From an uncultured candidate division Zixibacteria bacterium (GTDB taxonomy: Bacteria > Zixibacteria > MSB-5A5 > GN15 > FEB-12): 64,000 nt of DNA. Location of the stretch: NCBI GenBank assembly GCA_963707365.1, contig CAVPPI010000004.1:341469-405468 (forward strand), read 5' to 3'. The position numbers and the translations under genes were made by a program. This document shows, piece after piece, positions 45,246 to 54,778 of this stretch. Under the pieces are notes generated by a model. That model was not told where the DNA came from, ran no database searches, and saw only the letters and a list, made by a program, of their open reading frames with translations. The first letter of the stretch is position 1. Each line of letters starts with the position of its first letter.

Positions 45246-45334
45246 TGCCGGAGTGGTGGAATTGGTAGACACCAGGGACTTAAAATCCCTTGCTCCGTAA
45301 GGGGCGTGCCGGTTCGAGTCCGGCCTCCGGCACC
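45246..45334 (+). tRNA. tRNA-Leu (TAA)
   Basis: Acceptor GCCGGAG/CTCCGGC, anticodon stem AGGGA/TCCCT with loop CTTAAAA, long variable arm, T-arm GCCGG-TTCGAGT-CCGGC. The 3' CCA is encoded. Confidence 0.95.
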
Positions 45335-45442
45335 AACTATGTTGGTTTTTCCAACGACGATTCCCTAATAGACCGAATATTGAGCAACTGAGACGACTAC
45401 GTATTAAGTCAGTATTGTATTCGATTAAGCCGACACAGTCGG

Positions 45443-46897
45443 TTAAGACTCAAGTAGAGCGGAATCTGACCCCAGAAACCAGGAAATCCAGCGCTGAACA
45501 TCGTTGCGTCTGACCTCTGATCGAAGCATCCGCATGCGATTCTGGCGCTCCTCCGGACTCATGATGTAAGCAGCATAGATGGCATCGGCCGTGCCCTCAA
45601 GATCGTACGGATTGACCATCAAAGCCCCTTTTGACAACTGCTCCGCTGCGCCGGCGAATTCTGATAAAATCAGCACGCCATTGTTTTCGATCGAACTGGC
45701 GCAGTATTCTTTGGCCACCAGATTCATACCGTCGCGCAAGGGAGTTATAAGAGCAATCTCGCAGGCCCGATAGTAGCCGAGCAACTGTGTGCGGTCCAGT
45801 TCCCGGAACATATAGTGGATAGGGACCCAGCCATGCTGGGAAAAGCGGCCGTTGATACCTCCGGCCAGTCCATCGAGATATTCCTTGAGATCGCGGTACT
45901 CCGGTACTTTGGTTCGACTCGGGACAACGATTTGAACCAGCGATACGTTTTGGTGAAGCTCCGGATACTTCTCCAGCGCGCGCTCGAAAGCCAGAAATCT
46001 ATCGGGAATGCCTTTGGTGTAATCGAGGCGGTCCAGTCCCAGAATGAGTTTGCGGCTGGGTAGATTCTCGTGCACAAACCAGGCGGAGTCGGCCACTTCC
46101 GCAGACCGGGCGTGGTCGTTGAATTCGTTAAAATCGATACTGATAGGGTAGGTGCCGAGTTTTATGGTGCGGCCTTCGAGCTTGATTTCGGTCTGGTAGC
46201 GGTAACCCCGGACAGATGCCTCAGGGATCAGCGCTTTGACGCACTGGACGAAATTCCGTCGGTCGTGGTTGGTTTGAAAGCCGAGATGGTCATATTTCAA
46301 CAGTGCCTGGATAATCTCTGTCCTCCACGGCATTCGTCTGAGGAGATCACACGATGGGAAGGGGATGTGCAGGAAGAAATTCAGTTCAACACTGACGCTC
46401 ATCTCACGCAGATAGTGAGCGACCAACATCAGTTGGTAGTCGTGTATCCATACGAAATGTTCGGGTGCTGCATGTTTGGCAATCTCAGTGGCAAATCTCT
46501 CGTTGACGGTGTTGTAGACATCCCAATTCCCAGCATCGAAAGTAGCATAACCTATCAGATCATGAAACAGCGGCCAGATAGTCTGATTTGAAAAGCCGCG
46601 GTAGTACTTCTCGATTTCCTCATCACTGATTAAGACTGGCTTTAATTCGTATCCTTGCTCCTGGCTGTGCGTTTCAAGAAGCGGTACCACTGGAGCTTCC
46701 GGTCCACAACCCGGCCAGCCCATCCATGTGCCGTGATTGGCTTTCATCAGGGGGGCAAGTGCTGTGATCAGTCCGCCGGAACTGGCGTTTACCTTCCAGT
46801 GACCATCTATCTGGTCTACGATGATAGGTAGACGGTTGGAGACGATGAATAATTTTCTTTCCGGCTGTTGCAATTGAACCTCCTGAATTTGGGTCAC
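45443..46897 (-). CDS. otsA: alpha,alpha-trehalose-phosphate synthase (GT20)
   Basis: ..[24 protein letters not shown].., ..[11 protein letters not shown].., ..[12 protein letters not shown].., ..[14 protein letters not shown].. Confidence 0.93.
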   Translation of the reverse strand: MTQIQEVQLQQPERKLFIVSNRLPIIVDQIDGHWKVNASSGGLITALAPLMKANHGTWMGWPGCGPEAPVVPLLETHSQEQGYELKPVLISDEEIEKYYRGFSNQTIWPLFHDLIGYATFDAGNWDVYNTVNERFATEIAKHAAPEHFVWIHDYQLMLVAHYLREMSVSVELNFFLHIPFPSCDLLRRMPWRTEIIQALLKYDHLGFQTNHDRRNFVQCVKALIPEASVRGYRYQTEIKLEGRTIKLGTYPISIDFNEFNDHARSAEVADSAWFVHENLPSRKLILGLDRLDYTKGIPDRFLAFERALEKYPELHQNVSLVQIVVPSRTKVPEYRDLKEYLDGLAGGINGRFSQHGWVPIHYMFRELDRTQLLGYYRACEIALITPLRDGMNLVAKEYCASSIENNGVLILSEFAGAAEQLSKGALMVNPYDLEGTADAIYAAYIMSPEERQNRMRMLRSEVRRNDVQRWISWFLGSDSALLES

Positions 46898-46995
46898 GCA
46901 GCAACTAATTGTGGATTACTATGCGAGATGCTTTGCAAGTCCTGACCTGTCTATGATACGTATTTTTTAAGGGAAACGCAAACGCTCTGACACGT

Positions 46996-47769
46996 CTAAG
47001 GCCAGCGCTGAAGAAATTCACTCAGTTCATCAGGTGGATGTAGCCACAGGTCAGCCGCGGTGGGGCGTAGCTCAGGACGTACTAAGACACTGAGGCCATG
47101 TTTCTTAAGAGTGCCAAAGGCATCTTCATCGGTAAGGTCATCGCCGAGGTAAGCTCTTGGCGTTGCGTCGTCGGTCTGTTCGATAAGATTCATTACGGGT
47201 ATCGATTTATTAGTGCCGGCCACGCGAATTTCGATGCCACCATCAAAACTATGTAGCTCAAGGCCGGAACTCTCAATCCCCGGCTGCCATCGGTCGAGAA
47301 CGGTACTGCGGATTGTTTCAGCCTTGTCCTGCGGAAGACCTCTCCAATGAAAAGCGGCTCCCGACGGTTTAAATTCACAAAGGTCCACCAGGCTGTTGGC
47401 GCTTATCCACGAATACAGCTCGCTCAGTCTTTCGCTTACAATATCGGGCAGCGGCGCTACGGAGTGTTCACCTTCGGGAGTCAAACGTTCCAGGCCATGG
47501 CAACCCCACAGTTCGGGTAAGCGGTCGAATTCAAGCAGATTTTTGAGGCTGTCGATTGACCGTCCGCTGATTATGACCACTCGCGTTTTCTCGCTGCTGA
47601 AAAGGCGCTCCAGCACCGGGGTAATTTCGGGATAGGGGAAAGCACGATCTCGCTCTGTGGTAAACGGCGACAGAGTTCCATCATAGTCAAGCATCAGTAG
47701 TGGTTTATCAGAAGTCGCGAGGCTGCGATAGAATGAATCGAGCGGAAAGTCGGTGTTCAAAAGTTTCAT
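46996..47769 (-). CDS. otsB: trehalose-phosphatase (HAD)
   Basis: LMLDYDGTLSPF (HAD motif I), ..VVIISGRS.., ..GDDLTDEDAF.. Confidence 0.9.
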   Translation of the reverse strand: MKLLNTDFPLDSFYRSLATSDKPLLMLDYDGTLSPFTTERDRAFPYPEITPVLERLFSSEKTRVVIISGRSIDSLKNLLEFDRLPELWGCHGLERLTPEGEHSVAPLPDIVSERLSELYSWISANSLVDLCEFKPSGAAFHWRGLPQDKAETIRSTVLDRWQPGIESSGLELHSFDGGIEIRVAGTNKSIPVMNLIEQTDDATPRAYLGDDLTDEDAFGTLKKHGLSVLVRPELRPTAADLWLHPPDELSEFLQRWP

Positions 47770-47778
47770 CGTATACTA

Positions 47779-49020
47779 TTAAACGCGTATAAGCGTATTC
47801 TCCAAGCCAACCCTGAAGCCGAGCATCAAAGTCAGATATTCCCTGAGGTGTCTTGTCAGCAGGAAATTATCTCGGACGAACTGCTTTGCTGTGGTTCCGA
47901 TTGTCACCATACGTTCGGGTTGTCTGAGCAATTCGCGGATGCGCAAGGCTGCTCCTTCGGGTGAATCGACAGTATAGCCGGTATGATGATTGTGTATTTG
48001 CAGACGAATACCGCCAACGTTACCGCCAATGACAGGTTTGCTTTTCCACATGGCCTCGGTGACAGTCAGGCCGAATCCCTCTTGCAACGATTTTTGTATT
48101 ACTATTGTGGATGCTCTCTGGAGAGCATTTATCGTTCGATGGGCATCGCTGGGAAGCTGTAATACGAAGATCCTGTCATTTCCTTGAGCGAATTCCATCA
48201 CTTCCCGATAGACGGCATCACCTTCGGGGTCATCGCTCGCTCCGCCCCCGGCGAGAACGAGTTGGGCATCCACGGCTCCGTTGAGAAGGTTGAAAGCCTC
48301 GATAACTCCAACCGGATCTTTGAAACGGTCAAAGCGCGAAATCTGTGTGAGAATCGGTATTTTCGATGACAGTCCGAATTCTTTAACGGTCTTATCTACC
48401 TCCCGCTGGGGCAGATCACGATTCTTTTCGCTCAGGGGATCGATACTCGGTGCGATTATGAACTGTGGATGGGGGAGACTTTGCGCAAAAATCGGCATCG
48501 AGAAAATGCTGGCATCGAAGCCATCGACCTTTGTCTTGAGATAACTCCACACTTTTCGGTATGGATGACTGACATCGATGTGACATCTCCATATCCATTT
48601 GCCTTTGCGGTTGGGGCAGAGGTCGAGCAAGTGCGCCGGTTGCGGGTCGTGTATGAATACAAAGTCAGCCTCTTCGAGGATAGGTCGCAGGCGCTCAGCA
48701 TTAGCCGCAACAGTCTCTTCGTAGGTTTTTATCATAGATGGTGTGAGTGCTACGTGGTTGCCCTGAAGGCCGTTGTGGAAAGCTTTGGTGACGTTGAAAT
48801 ATTCATCGTGTCCGTCGACGACCTCCCATGATGCGTTCAGTCCGAGGTCATTCATGAGCGGAATCAGCCAGTGCAGGATTTCCGCAACCCCTCCGCCGGC
48901 TTTTGTGGAGTTTACATGCACCACGCTGGCCCCGGCGAGATTGTTTGCCAGTTGTTTTAACTGCGAGACAGCTACCGCGCCGGCAACTGGTTCGTATGTA
49001 TCGAGTGATCTGCCGTTCAT
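47779..49020 (-). CDS. treT: trehalose glycosyltransferring synthase-like GT4 glycosyltransferase
   Basis: Collinear with archaeal TreT as I recall it: VHVNSTKAGGGVAEILHWLIPL..FNVTKAFHNGLQGN, WIWRCHID, PSIDPLSEKN, ITQISRFDRFKDP, LQEGFGLTVTEAMWKSKPVIGGNVGGIRLQI. Confidence 0.8.
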   Translation of the reverse strand: MNGRSLDTYEPVAGAVAVSQLKQLANNLAGASVVHVNSTKAGGGVAEILHWLIPLMNDLGLNASWEVVDGHDEYFNVTKAFHNGLQGNHVALTPSMIKTYEETVAANAERLRPILEEADFVFIHDPQPAHLLDLCPNRKGKWIWRCHIDVSHPYRKVWSYLKTKVDGFDASIFSMPIFAQSLPHPQFIIAPSIDPLSEKNRDLPQREVDKTVKEFGLSSKIPILTQISRFDRFKDPVGVIEAFNLLNGAVDAQLVLAGGGASDDPEGDAVYREVMEFAQGNDRIFVLQLPSDAHRTINALQRASTIVIQKSLQEGFGLTVTEAMWKSKPVIGGNVGGIRLQIHNHHTGYTVDSPEGAALRIRELLRQPERMVTIGTTAKQFVRDNFLLTRHLREYLTLMLGFRVGLENTLIRV

Positions 49021-49700
49021 GCTTGAGCCTTTTCCGCGATGGGCTTGACCGCGTTGATGAGACTGTTTTTAAGTTCCGGCAATGTCAGGTAATAGAAATC
49101 TATATTCTTGAAAGTCTCGATAAGTTCTTCACAACCCTTTCCAAATCCCTGACACCAGGCGGTGAAGTCATCCACTCTGTTCGCGGTGCGTCGTCTTGCC
49201 TCGATAAAGTGATAATATATCGAACTCCAGCTCATCTTCGGAAGAACCTCAGCCAGCTCGGCAGGATTCTGAAGCACAATACCGCTGCTGAAAACAACTG
49301 TGGCTGCCCGCATGAAGACGAAATCGTCTCCTTTGGGGACCGAGGGGATATACGGCAGTTCGCTCAAGCGGTCATCGATAATTTCAACCACGGTTTCCCG
49401 CAAACGCTCAAATGATTCGAATTTGTACGGGTTCAGTATTCCCAGTCGTTCGGCGAGTACGCGGTCTCTTAGAAATCTGGCCGACCAGACGGCAAAGTCG
49501 TTTCGGAACTCGGGGTCATCGAAAGACGGGCGAACGAGCGTTTCACTGAAGTGGTGAAACAGGCAATCTTCCGGGCAAACCGCGATTCTTTCGCGTAGCT
49601 CGCGCAGGTTAACGGCGGTGTCGACTCCGCCCATTCTGGTAATCAGCGTGCAGTCTTTGACTTCAAAGGGCATATTAATTTTCTCGGTAGGCATGCTCAT
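49017..49700 (-). CDS. conserved hypothetical protein with an internal two-fold repeat, translationally coupled to treT
   Basis: Its stop overlaps the treT start by 4 nt. Two ~95-aa modules align: ..NLRELRERIAVCPEDCLFHHFSE..NDFAVWSARF.. with ..NPAELAEVLPKMSWSSIYYHFIE..DDFTAWCQGF.. Confidence 0.65.
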   Translation of the reverse strand: MSMPTEKINMPFEVKDCTLITRMGGVDTAVNLRELRERIAVCPEDCLFHHFSETLVRPSFDDPEFRNDFAVWSARFLRDRVLAERLGILNPYKFESFERLRETVVEIIDDRLSELPYIPSVPKGDDFVFMRAATVVFSSGIVLQNPAELAEVLPKMSWSSIYYHFIEARRRTANRVDDFTAWCQGFGKGCEELIETFKNIDFYYLTLPELKNSLINAVKPIAEKAQA

Positions 49701-49902
49701 ATCTTTAGAAATTACTCCATTTCAAGGGAAATCCTGCGCTTTGTTGCGTATTATATGGCCTGAGGCGACACACGCAACCGATAAACCCTACTTTTACAAC
49801 AACGTTTTCTAAATTACGTTTCAAATTGCCGGCATTTTTTTCGATTGCGGGAATTTGTTTTTTTGCTTTTATTCCGAGCGCTCAGGACATTGGAAATTTA
49901 AA

Positions 49903-49975
49903 GCCACCGTAGCTCAGATGGTAGAGCAGCTGATTCGTAATCAGCAGGTCAGCGGTTCGATCCCGCTCGGTGGCT
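49903..49975 (+). tRNA. tRNA-Thr (CGT)
   Basis: Acceptor GCCACCG/CGGTGGC, anticodon stem GCTGA/TCAGC with loop TTCGTAA, T-arm AGCGG-TTCGATC-CCGCT. Confidence 0.95.
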
Positions 49976-50075
49976 CTTTTTATGGTCTGCTTTGCCGCGA
50001 ATGAATTCCTTGCGCAATCGGTAAAAAAGGTTAAATTATGGCGCATTTTAACCATAAACGAGCATTGAGGATACT

Positions 50076-51488
50076 ATGAAACTGGAAGCACTGAAAAAGC
50101 TGGCCAAAGATAACAAGATAGAATTCATTGACCTGAAGTTCGTTGACCTGCCCGGTTTGTGGCATCATATCACGATACCTGTCTCAGCGTTAACCGAGTC
50201 TTTGTTTACCACCGGGGTAGGGGTCGATGGCTCTTCACTCCCGGGATATTCATCGATTGAGCGAGGCGACATGATCGCTATGCCGGTTGGCGATACGGTC
50301 TTTATCGATCCGTTTTATGAAAAGCCGACCCTGTCTTTCATCTGTGATATTATGGATTCACGGGGCAAGATAGAACCATACTCGCGCAATCCCCGCCGGG
50401 TTGCCGCTGATGCTGAGAAGTATCTGAAAAAGGTCAAGCCGGGCACACATGCTGTTATCGGCCCTGAGTTTGAGTTCTACCTGTTCACCAAAGTCAATTT
50501 CTATCAGGGACCGGATCAGGCGTTTTATTATCTGGACTCCGAAGAGGCCGAATGGAACGCCGCGCAGGACGAAGAGAACCTCGGTTTTAAGATTCCTTAC
50601 AAAAGGGGTTACCATGCTGCTCCGCCGATGGACCGCAGTTTCAATCTTCGTTCCGAGATGTCATCGCTTCTGTCCCGGGTTGGTATTGAACTGAAATACC
50701 ATCATCACGAGGTTGGCTCGGCCGGACAGCATGAGATTGAAATCAAATTCGCTCCGCTACTGAAAATGGCCGACCAGAGCATGCTGGTTAAGTATTTTAT
50801 CAAGAATCACGCGTTCCGCAACAAGATGTCGGCTACTTTCATGCCCAAGCCGTTATTTAACGAGCCGGGTTCGGGGCTGCACGTTCACCAGTATCTGGCC
50901 GACAGTAAAGGCTCACTTTTCTATGATGCCAAGGGGCCGGCGCGTTTTTCCAAGATCGGCCTGTATTACATGGGCGGCATCCTGAAGCACGTAGATTCCC
51001 TGCTGGCTTTCACGAATCCATCCACGAATTCTTTCAAACGGCTCGTTCCGGGATTTGAAGCTCCCGTGGCGGGGACCTATTCGGTCGGAAACCGCACAGC
51101 CTGCATTAGAATTCCCGGTTACCAGCGCGATCCGAAAACTATGCGCTTTGAGTTCCGTCCTCCCGATGGCACCATGAACCCGTACCTGTCTTATGCGGCG
51201 ATGTTGATGGCGGGAATCGATGGTATCAAAAACAAGATTGATCCCGGTACGCCGCTTGACAAGAATCTTGACAAATTGCCCGAAGACGAATTGGCGAAGA
51301 TACATCTGCTGCCGACCTCGCTCAACAAAGCCCTCAATGCGCTGGAGGCGGACCATGATTATTTGCTTGCCTCGGGCGTTTTCACAGAAGATCTGCTCGA
51401 AAGCTGGATAAAGATCAAGAGAAACGAGGTGACCCAAATTCGAGTCAGACCGACGCCTTACGAATTCCAGATGTACTACGATATCTAA
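50076..51488 (+). CDS. glnA: glutamine synthetase, type I
   Basis: ..FVDLPGLWHHITIP.., ..HHHEVGSAGQHEI.., ..MPKPLFNEPGSGLHVHQ.., ..NSFKRLVPGFEAP.. Confidence 0.95.
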   Translation: MKLEALKKLAKDNKIEFIDLKFVDLPGLWHHITIPVSALTESLFTTGVGVDGSSLPGYSSIERGDMIAMPVGDTVFIDPFYEKPTLSFICDIMDSRGKIEPYSRNPRRVAADAEKYLKKVKPGTHAVIGPEFEFYLFTKVNFYQGPDQAFYYLDSEEAEWNAAQDEENLGFKIPYKRGYHAAPPMDRSFNLRSEMSSLLSRVGIELKYHHHEVGSAGQHEIEIKFAPLLKMADQSMLVKYFIKNHAFRNKMSATFMPKPLFNEPGSGLHVHQYLADSKGSLFYDAKGPARFSKIGLYYMGGILKHVDSLLAFTNPSTNSFKRLVPGFEAPVAGTYSVGNRTACIRIPGYQRDPKTMRFEFRPPDGTMNPYLSYAAMLMAGIDGIKNKIDPGTPLDKNLDKLPEDELAKIHLLPTSLNKALNALEADHDYLLASGVFTEDLLESWIKIKRNEVTQIRVRPTPYEFQMYYDI

Positions 51489-51513
51489 ACTTCTTTTAAA
51501 ATATCGCATATTT

Positions 51514-51550
51514 GGGCCTTTTGGATTTTCGCCAAAAGGCCCTTGTTATT
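51514..51550 (+). terminator. rho-independent terminator after glnA
   Basis: GGGCCTTTTGG (51514..51524) / CCAAAAGGCCC (51532..51542), then TTGTTATT. Confidence 0.8.
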
Positions 51551-51803
51551 GCTAACGCACTACTTGACAAAGGATTACGAAGCGAGGCGGCCCGGGGCGC
51601 GATGCGGGTCCGGGATCATTTTTTGTAAGTTTGTTACCAATAAAGTAAACAGGCGTTACGTACTTATTTGTTGATAGGTCATAGTACCTGCTTTTGACCG
51701 CTTTTTTAGAACTGACAGCTTTCGGAGCACCTCAAGCGCTGGTAGGGCAGCGCGAACCGAGATTGTAGTAATTTCAGGCTAGCGCATTTCGAGAGGAGTT
51801 CCG

Positions 51804-52367
51804 ATGATACCATTCTTCAAGTATATCACAGCAGCATCAATAATGGTCGCTTTTCTCAATCTGGCGGGTTGCTATGATGAAGAGCAAATCATAGACCCCG
51901 TCATAACGGACTTCGATTTTAGCACCCCGTCGATAGAGAACGTGTACCCGGCAGATGGTGCAACCAATGTCAACCGCAAGGGAGAGTTGGGTGTCAAATT
52001 CGACCGGGCGATGGATACTGCCTCGGTTAACGCCGGCCTACGGGTCGCGGGTGGCTCGGCCATGCTGGCGTGGATGGATTCTTTGATGCATGGGCAGGAT
52101 TCCGCAAGCGGAATGGGGGGAGGAAATATGGGGAACCCGCCTGACGATAAAATGATGAACTGGATTGACAGTGTTGGTTATACCGGCGAGATTCACTGGA
52201 ACGCTGCCATGGACAGTTGTGCTTTCGATCCCGATTCTATTTTACTCCCAAATGCCAGCCATGTAATTCTTCTAACCGGCGACATTCGGGCGGCGGAAGG
52301 AAGCACCCTGGACATGGACGGGTTCGAGTATAGTTCTTACATGTCTTTCTTTACGACCGGGCCGTAA
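51804..52367 (+). CDS. lipoprotein with SbsA-type Ig-like domain, unknown function
   Basis: Lipobox LNLAGC. ..IENVYPADGATNVNRKGELGVKFDRAMDTASV.. is the usual opening of Big_5/SbsA Ig-like domains. Confidence 0.6.
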   Translation: MIPFFKYITAASIMVAFLNLAGCYDEEQIIDPVITDFDFSTPSIENVYPADGATNVNRKGELGVKFDRAMDTASVNAGLRVAGGSAMLAWMDSLMHGQDSASGMGGGNMGNPPDDKMMNWIDSVGYTGEIHWNAAMDSCAFDPDSILLPNASHVILLTGDIRAAEGSTLDMDGFEYSSYMSFFTTGP

Positions 52368-52599
52368 GCCGGGCGGTGCTCGAAATGTACGACACGACTG
52401 CTTTGAGTTTGGTCCCGTTGCGGCTTCTCTAAGCAGGCCACTCGAGACAAAACCATTCTTTTTCTCCAGCCGTATTTTGTCATAGTACATTCGCATACAA
52501 CTGATCCCTTTTTCGATTGTTTTTTCAGTGTCAGCTTGCTATAATCTGTGTGGAATGATTTCGATCAAAGAGTGCCAATAGAGTCGTAAAGAGCAGATT

Positions 52600-53838
52600 T
52601 TGAATAACCAGAGAAAGGATGATAAAGTAATGGTCGTGGGACAAAACGACAAGACACAGGTCGAGCAGTGGAAAATCGCCCCACACGTGGTTAAGTTGGA
52701 ATCCTCGATTATTCGAGAAATTCTAAAAATATCCTCACAGCCGGGCGTGATTTCATTTGCCGGAGGATTACCCGCCCCGGAGTTGTTCCCTATGGAGGAC
52801 CTCAGACAGGCCATGGACGAGGTAGTCCGCAAACACGGTGCCCCTGCCTTTCAGTATACGCTGTCTCGCGGAGTTCCGCAGCTCAGAGAGCTGCTGGCCA
52901 AAAGAGCGGTAGAACGAGGCACTTCGTGCGATGTAGATAATATCCTTGTTACTGCCGGAGCGCAGCAGGCAATAGAACTCGTCGCCAGGGCCTTTGTTGA
53001 CCGCGGAGATTACATCATCACGGAATATCCTACTTATGTCGGCGCTCTTCAGGCTTTCAACTATTATCAGGCTCGCTATGCTACGGTCGATATGGATGAC
53101 GAGGGGATGATAATCGAACAGGCTGAAGAAAAGATTATCAAATACAAACCGAAGCTTATCTACACGGTCTCGAATTTTCAGAATCCTACCGGAATTACGA
53201 TGTCCAAAAGTCGTCGCGAGAAGCTGATAGAGCTTGGGATGCGCTATAACATACCGATTGTCGATGACAATCCGTACGGTGATATTCGTTTCGCCGGGGA
53301 AAGAGTCCCCACGCTTAAATCGATCGGTGGGGACCAGGTGATAGCGCTTAGATCCTTTTCGAAAATCGTTGCTCCCGGACTCAGGTTGGGTTGGATGAAC
53401 GGTCCGAAAGCGATCATGGGACACTTCGAGAAGGTAAAGCAGTGTACCGACCTCCACACCAACACGCTCTGCCAGTATATGATGTACGAGTTTATCTCGG
53501 CCGGTAAATTGGAGCCGCATATAGCAAAGATTGTGGCGGACTACCGCGGTAAGCGCGATGTAATGCTGAAGACAATGCGTGAGACATTCCCGGATGGAAT
53601 AAAATGGACCGAGCCGGAGGGTGGTCTTTTCCTCTGGGTCGAGCTTCCAAAGCACATGTCGGCCAAGGACCTTCTGCCAAAGGCCGTTGAGATGAAAGTC
53701 GCTTACGTGTATGGCTCGCCATTCTATCCCGATGGCGGTGGTCAAAATACGATGAGGTTAAACTTCTCCAATGCTTCTCACGAGAACATCGTCGAGGGTA
53801 TCACACGATTGGCGAAGTTGCTCAAGGATAATATTTAA
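52600..53838 (+). CDS. PLP-dependent aminotransferase (class I/II, ARO8/LysN-like)
   Basis: ..SIIREILK..ISFAGGLPAPELFP.., ..NFQNPTG.., and the PLP-lysine block SFSKIVAPGLRLGWM. An alternative ATG start is at 52630. Confidence 0.88.
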   Translation: MNNQRKDDKVMVVGQNDKTQVEQWKIAPHVVKLESSIIREILKISSQPGVISFAGGLPAPELFPMEDLRQAMDEVVRKHGAPAFQYTLSRGVPQLRELLAKRAVERGTSCDVDNILVTAGAQQAIELVARAFVDRGDYIITEYPTYVGALQAFNYYQARYATVDMDDEGMIIEQAEEKIIKYKPKLIYTVSNFQNPTGITMSKSRREKLIELGMRYNIPIVDDNPYGDIRFAGERVPTLKSIGGDQVIALRSFSKIVAPGLRLGWMNGPKAIMGHFEKVKQCTDLHTNTLCQYMMYEFISAGKLEPHIAKIVADYRGKRDVMLKTMRETFPDGIKWTEPEGGLFLWVELPKHMSAKDLLPKAVEMKVAYVYGSPFYPDGGGQNTMRLNFSNASHENIVEGITRLAKLLKDNI

Positions 53839-53867
53839 CGGAGCGTTTCGGCTCTGCGCGAGATCAT

Positions 53868-53892
53868 AAAAGCCCGCTCTGCGGGCTTTTTT
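53868..53892 (+). terminator. rho-independent terminator after the aminotransferase gene
   Basis: AAAGCCCGC / GCGGGCTTT with loop TCT, followed by a T-run. Confidence 0.75.
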
Positions 53893-53931
53893 AAATTGCT
53901 TAATAAGGCAGGAGAGCGTTTAGTAGTCTCT

Positions 53932-54777
53932 ATGCAAATACAATATGATAAATACCACGCTCTGCAAAACGACTTTATCGTTATAGAGCAAAATAAGACG
54001 AAGCTCACAAGGCGACAGTTGCCGAAGCTGACAAGGGCTATGTGTCAGCGCCGGACCGGTGTCGGCGCTGATGGCGTTCTCTTGCTTTCTAAAGCCGATG
54101 GCGTCAGTTTCAAGGTTGACCTTTACAATGCCGATGGTGGCTGGGCTGAAAAGTCCGGCAATGGTCTGAGGATAGCAGGGGTTCACGCGTTTCTTAAGCA
54201 GAGGTCGGGCAAGAAGCGGAGTTTTCTGTTTCGCACCGGCGCCGGCATAGACCGCGTAGAGATTGGCCGAAAGAGTCGCAAAGGTTACACAGTCACAGTT
54301 GAGCTTCGACAGCCGGAGTTCGAGGCATCCAAAGTGCCCGTAAAAACCAGACAGCAATTTATGATTAATTCGCCGCTCACAGTCGGCTCGGTCAAACTGC
54401 CTGTCACTTGTCTGTCTGTAGGGAATCCGCATACGGTCCTGTTCGTTGACAATTTCGATTTCGACTGGCACGCTCTCGGCGCCGATCTTGAATTTCACAA
54501 AGCATTTCCCAATCGCACCAACGTGGAGTTTGTCAAAGTACTCTCCAGTCGCAAGGTGCGAGTTTGCGATTGGGAGCGGGGAGCCGGGGCTACCGGATCA
54601 TCCGGTACCGGGGCAGCGGCATCGGTATGCGCCGGCGTTATGCTTGGCATTCTCGATCGAAGGTGCGAGGTCGAGTTTGAGACCGGCTCACTCCGCGTCC
54701 ACTGGATTGAAAAAACCGGCACTATTGAACTTACCGGACCCGTTGAGCATGTGACGCGAGGGACTTTCGAACTATAA
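53932..54777 (+). CDS. diaminopimelate epimerase-fold (DapF family) protein with Ser at both catalytic Cys positions
   Basis: HALQNDFIVIE, ..YNADGGWAEKSGNG.., ..LSVGNPHTVLFV.., ..WERGAGATGSSGTGAAA.. are collinear with E. coli DapF. Start placed at ATG 53932, because the TTG at 53896 abuts the upstream terminator. Confidence 0.8.
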   Translation: MQIQYDKYHALQNDFIVIEQNKTKLTRRQLPKLTRAMCQRRTGVGADGVLLLSKADGVSFKVDLYNADGGWAEKSGNGLRIAGVHAFLKQRSGKKRSFLFRTGAGIDRVEIGRKSRKGYTVTVELRQPEFEASKVPVKTRQQFMINSPLTVGSVKLPVTCLSVGNPHTVLFVDNFDFDWHALGADLEFHKAFPNRTNVEFVKVLSSRKVRVCDWERGAGATGSSGTGAAASVCAGVMLGILDRRCEVEFETGSLRVHWIEKTGTIELTGPVEHVTRGTFEL

Positions 54778-54778
54778 A

